DNA from: Candidatus Nitrotoga sp.
GTDB taxonomy: Bacteria > Pseudomonadota > Gammaproteobacteria > Burkholderiales > Gallionellaceae
Assembly: GCA_039920105.1 (NCBI GenBank)
Contig: JBDSEJ010000564.1
Span: forward strand, 1 to 33,478
DNA length: 33,478 bases
Direction: 5' to 3'
Every line of letters starts with the position of its first letter. Positions within the stretch are counted from its first letter, which is position 1. Under the pieces are notes generated by a model, which saw only the letters and a program-made list of their open reading frames with translations, had not been told where the DNA came from and did no database searches. Positions 29,910 to 33,478 of this stretch are shown here, one piece after another. A program made the position numbers and the translations under genes.

Positions 29910-31023
29910 ACTTGCACCTTACGCGATAACAGAGGGAAACACACGCGGCAGAAATGAACGCGAGGAAGCACCGTTTGGACGCAGCGAATTTCAACGTGAT
30001 CGTGATCGCATCATCCACTCCACCGCCTTCCGTCGCTTGGAATATAAGACTCAGGTATTTGTTAACCATGAAGGCGACCTGTTTCGAACTCGGTTGACTC
30101 ACAGTATGGAAGTAGCACAAATTGCACGCTCCATCGCACGGTATCTGAAATTAAATGAAGACCTAGTGGAAGCTATATCGCTCGCACACGATCTCGGTCA
30201 CACACCATTTGGCCACGCCGGGCAGGACGCACTCAATAATTGCATGAAGGATTACGGTGGCTTCGAGCACAATCTGCAATCGCTACGCGTTGTAGACATA
30301 CTCGAAGATCATTATGCTGCCTTTAATGGGCTCAATCTTTGCTTCGAAACGCGCGAAGGCATCCTCAAACATTGCTCGCCGGTAAATGCCGCCAAGCTGG
30401 GGGCCGTGGGTGAACGTTTCCTAAAGCAGCAGCGTCCTTCGCTCGAAGCGCAAATCGCCAATTTGGCCGATGAGATCGCTTACAACAACCATGACGTGGA
30501 TGATGGACTGCGCTCCGGTTTAATTACGCTGGAGCAATTTACCTCGGTACGCTTGTTTGTCAGTCATCTCGATGCAGTACGACTAGCCTACCCCGGCCTG
30601 GCCGAGCGTCGCCTGATTCACGAAACGATACGGCGTATGATCAATACGCTTGCAACAGATTTAATCCATGAAACGGAAAAAAATATCCGGGCTTATGCGG
30701 TGTGCGATATCGCCGGGGTCCGTGCCGCACCGCCGCTGGCCGCTTTCAGCGCCGAGATTTATGAACAGCAGCGTGAACTCAAGGCCTTCCTGCGTACGCA
30801 TCTATACCGTCATTACCGCGTCATGCGCATGAGCGTCAAGGCGCGCCGCATCATCAGCGACCTATTTCAAGTATTCATGGAGGATAACCGCCTGCTACCT
30901 CCGCAATTTCAACAGCAAGCTCAAGCAGACCGCGCTCGCACCGTATCCGACTACATCGCCGGTATGACTGATCGCTATGCCATAAAAGAGCACCGAAGGT
31001 TGTTTGCCATTGAAGAAGGATGA
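29902..31023 (+). CDS. dgt: Deoxyguanosinetriphosphate triphosphohydrolase (HD family)
   Basis: [47 protein letters not shown]. Confidence 0.95.
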   Translation: MAELAPYAITEGNTRGRNEREEAPFGRSEFQRDRDRIIHSTAFRRLEYKTQVFVNHEGDLFRTRLTHSMEVAQIARSIARYLKLNEDLVEAISLAHDLGHTPFGHAGQDALNNCMKDYGGFEHNLQSLRVVDILEDHYAAFNGLNLCFETREGILKHCSPVNAAKLGAVGERFLKQQRPSLEAQIANLADEIAYNNHDVDDGLRSGLITLEQFTSVRLFVSHLDAVRLAYPGLAERRLIHETIRRMINTLATDLIHETEKNIRAYAVCDIAGVRAAPPLAAFSAEIYEQQRELKAFLRTHLYRHYRVMRMSVKARRIISDLFQVFMEDNRLLPPQFQQQAQADRARTVSDYIAGMTDRYAIKEHRRLFAIEEG

Positions 31024-31236
31024 TTCCCGCTCTAATTCAAAAATGAAGTTCGAGTCATGCCACAAAACTTTCAACTAATCAGCATAGATCGGAAAAGCTG
31101 AACAAGTTAAATTAGACTCAAGCTCGAAGTGCGCCATTCCATATGCGCGGTTAATTAATGAATACCTGCTGCACAGTTTTTTATACGAATTAAGTTTCAA
31201 GTTCTCTCCGAAAAAACATGAGAATTTTTTCAATCC

Positions 31237-31273
31237 ATGTCAACTGCGAAGCTTCCCTTTATAATGCGCACCC
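31237..31273 (+). promoter_or_regulatory. Putative sigma-70 promoter of mfd with GC-rich discriminator
   Basis: ATGTCA-N17-TATAAT followed by GCGCACCC. Confidence 0.5.
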
Positions 31274-31300
31274 TGAAACTTGGCTGTACTTAATTTTCCC

Positions 31301-33478
31301 ATGCTGTTTTCTTCCTCACACACCCGTCCACGTTACACCCATCTTTCTGGCTCGTCTGATGCCTTGGCTCTAGCGCAATATGCCAGGCAAAATGTGCCAC
31401 TGGTGGTTATTGCCGCCAGCGCGCTGGAAGCGCAGCGACTAGTGGATGAAATTCCGTTTTTCTCCCCGGAGCTACGCGTACATCTGCTGCCAGATTGGGA
31501 AACGTTGCCTTATGATCACTTCTCGCCGCATCAGGACCTCATCTCTGAGCGGCTTGCTACGCTGCATCACATTCGCAGCCAATCATGTGATGTGATCGTT
31601 GTCCCTATAACCACTGCGTTATATCCGTTGTCACCAGTGGAATATCTGGCGGCGTACACCTTCTTTCTTAAATGCGGCGAAACATTGGACATCGCCAAAT
31701 TTCGTGAACAAATGACATTGGCCGGCTATACCCATGTTCAGCAGGTGCTGACTCCGGGCGAATACTGCATTCGTGGTGGTTTGATCGACCTTTTCCCGAT
31801 GGGCAGCAGTGTGCCTTACCGCATCGACCTGTTCGATGACGAAATTGACGCTATCGCGACTTTCGATGTGGATACCCAGCGTACCATCTATCCAGTGCGG
31901 GATATTCGCCTGTTACCGGCGCGCGAGTTTCCACTTGATGAGGCCGGGCAAGCCCGTTTTCGACAAAATTTCCGCGATCGTTTCGAGGGTGACCCATCCA
32001 AATCAAGTATTTACAAAGGCGTGAGCCGTGGCATCGCGCCCGCAGGTATCGAATATTACCTCCCATTATTTTTCGAGCGTACTGCCACGTTGTTTGATTA
32101 TTTGCCTTCACATGCCACGCTATGCATGCATCACAATGTGGATGCTGCCATTGCCACTTTTGCGAAGGATGCTCAGTTACGCTATAACCTGCTTCGTGGT
32201 GACCCGCAGCGTCCCTTGCTGGAAACGCACGAACTGTTTCTGAACGCGGAAAGCTTCTTTATTGCTGCTAAAAATTTCAAACGTGTCGATCTCATCGCAG
32301 ATACCCCCTCTTACTCCCCGATTTACAATACTGAGGTGAATGAAAACGGGGGAGAAACTCCCCTCGAACTTTTCAAAGAGGAAAGGTCATATAAAACCCT
32401 CACTCTTTGCGCTACCCAAAAATTGCCCGACATCGCGGTAAACAGGCGCGCCGACATTCCGACGCATGCATTCCAAAGCTTTTTGCAAGATTATACTGGC
32501 CGGGTGTTGTTGCTCGCTGACAGTTTGGGACGGCGCGAAATTATGGCCGAATATTTGCGCGAATACGGCTTGGCACCTACGCTATGCGAGGACTATGCGC
32601 AATTTCTCACCGGCGACAATCACTTCATGCTTACCGTAGGGGCGTTGCAGAATGGTTTAATGTTGCAAGATGAACAGTTGGCAATTATTACAGAAAGTGA
32701 ACTGTATTATGCCGCGCAACCACGAAGTCGGATTGCGCGCGCCACAAAAAAAACCAACGTGGAAGGGATGCTGCGCGACCTGTCCGAACTCAAGCCGGGT
32801 GATCCTGTGGTGCATGAGCAGCATGGCATCGCGCGTTATCATGGCCTTATAAACCTTGATCTCGGAGAAGGCGAGAACGAATTTTTGTTGCTCGAGTATG
32901 CCGGTGGAGACAAGCTGTATGTACCAGTGGCACAACTGCATGTAATCAGCCGTTACAGTGGCGGAGCCCCGGAAACCGCACCGATGCATAAGTTGGGCAG
33001 TGGCACTTGGGACAAGGCCAAACGTCGCGCCATGCAACAGGTGCGTGACACCGCTGCCGAATTACTCAATCTCTATGCCCAACGCGCCACCCGGAAAGGC
33101 CACCAATTCAAACTGTCGCAACATGATTACGAAGCATTCGCCGCCGGTTTTGGTTTTGAAGAAACGCCGGACCAGGCCGCCGCCATTAAGGCGGTAGTCA
33201 GTGATTTGCAGAGCGGAAAACCCATGGATCGGCTAATTTGCGGCGATGTCGGGTTTGGTAAAACGGAAGTAGCGCTGCGCGCAGCGTTTATTGCAGCGAT
33301 GGATGGTAAACAAGTAGCCGTGCTGGTACCTACCACACTGCTCACTGAACAGCATTTCCAAAACTTCTGTAATCGTTTCGCCGACTGGCCTATAAAAATT
33401 GGCGAACTGTCGCGCTTCCGCTCTGCTAAGGAACAAACTCAAACACTAAAAGACATGGGAGATGGCAAGCTTGATATC
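31301..33478 (+). CDS. mfd: Transcription-repair coupling factor Mfd (3'-partial; absent from the ORF track)
   Basis: Own translation from ATG 31301: LPDWETLPYDHFSPHQDLISERL, RGGLIDLFP, GDPVVHEQHGIARY, FEETPDQ, MDRLICGDVGFGKTE; start and end motifs are in the same frame. Confidence 0.97.
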   Translation, partial: MLFSSSHTRPRYTHLSGSSDALALAQYARQNVPLVVIAASALEAQRLVDEIPFFSPELRVHLLPDWETLPYDHFSPHQDLISERLATLHHIRSQSCDVIVVPITTALYPLSPVEYLAAYTFFLKCGETLDIAKFREQMTLAGYTHVQQVLTPGEYCIRGGLIDLFPMGSSVPYRIDLFDDEIDAIATFDVDTQRTIYPVRDIRLLPAREFPLDEAGQARFRQNFRDRFEGDPSKSSIYKGVSRGIAPAGIEYYLPLFFERTATLFDYLPSHATLCMHHNVDAAIATFAKDAQLRYNLLRGDPQRPLLETHELFLNAESFFIAAKNFKRVDLIADTPSYSPIYNTEVNENGGETPLELFKEERSYKTLTLCATQKLPDIAVNRRADIPTHAFQSFLQDYTGRVLLLADSLGRREIMAEYLREYGLAPTLCEDYAQFLTGDNHFMLTVGALQNGLMLQDEQLAIITESELYYAAQPRSRIARATKKTNVEGMLRDLSELKPGDPVVHEQHGIARYHGLINLDLGEGENEFLLLEYAGGDKLYVPVAQLHVISRYSGGAPETAPMHKLGSGTWDKAKRRAMQQVRDTAAELLNLYAQRATRKGHQFKLSQHDYEAFAAGFGFEETPDQAAAIKAVVSDLQSGKPMDRLICGDVGFGKTEVALRAAFIAAMDGKQVAVLVPTTLLTEQHFQNFCNRFADWPIKIGELSRFRSAKEQTQTLKDMGDGKLDI

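Noticed and set aside
29902-31023. dGTPase as an antiphage nucleotide-depletion system
   Set aside because: Lies in the conserved aroK-aroB-dgt housekeeping context and looks like the ordinary short form
31809-33442. Short ORFs listed in the track at the right end
   Set aside because: All overlap the long open mfd frame that runs off the window

Overview
Betaproteobacterial chromosomal window; the gene order and the Mfd and ClpB sequences suggest Nitrosomonadales/Gallionellaceae, which is an inference. Bases 1-6.1 kb are the GC-rich distal end of a phage-tail-like locus, most likely an extracellular contractile injection system (eCIS). It holds the end of a baseplate-J-like gene, a tail/wedge gene broken by a 1-nt deletion, a 1146-aa DUF6519/beta-helix fibre or spike protein and a small coiled-coil protein. 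The rest is mostly housekeeping backbone: cysK, clpB (with a sigma32 promoter), rho, trxA, rfbD, trkH-trkA, a thioredoxin-fold protein, an NDUFA9-like SDR, pilMNOPQ-aroK-aroB-dgt and a 3'-truncated mfd that the ORF track misses. Accessory items are an orphan ABC/AAA_21-type ATPase between clpB and rho, a signal-less DUF1566 (Lcl/CLec) gene with a DGR-target-like 3' end, and a decayed zone at about 19.8-22.9 kb containing cfa, cca and IS3 relics. Mfd carries an in-frame palindromic insertion. No rRNA, tRNA or CRISPR array was seen. All family assignments come from motif recognition, not database searches.
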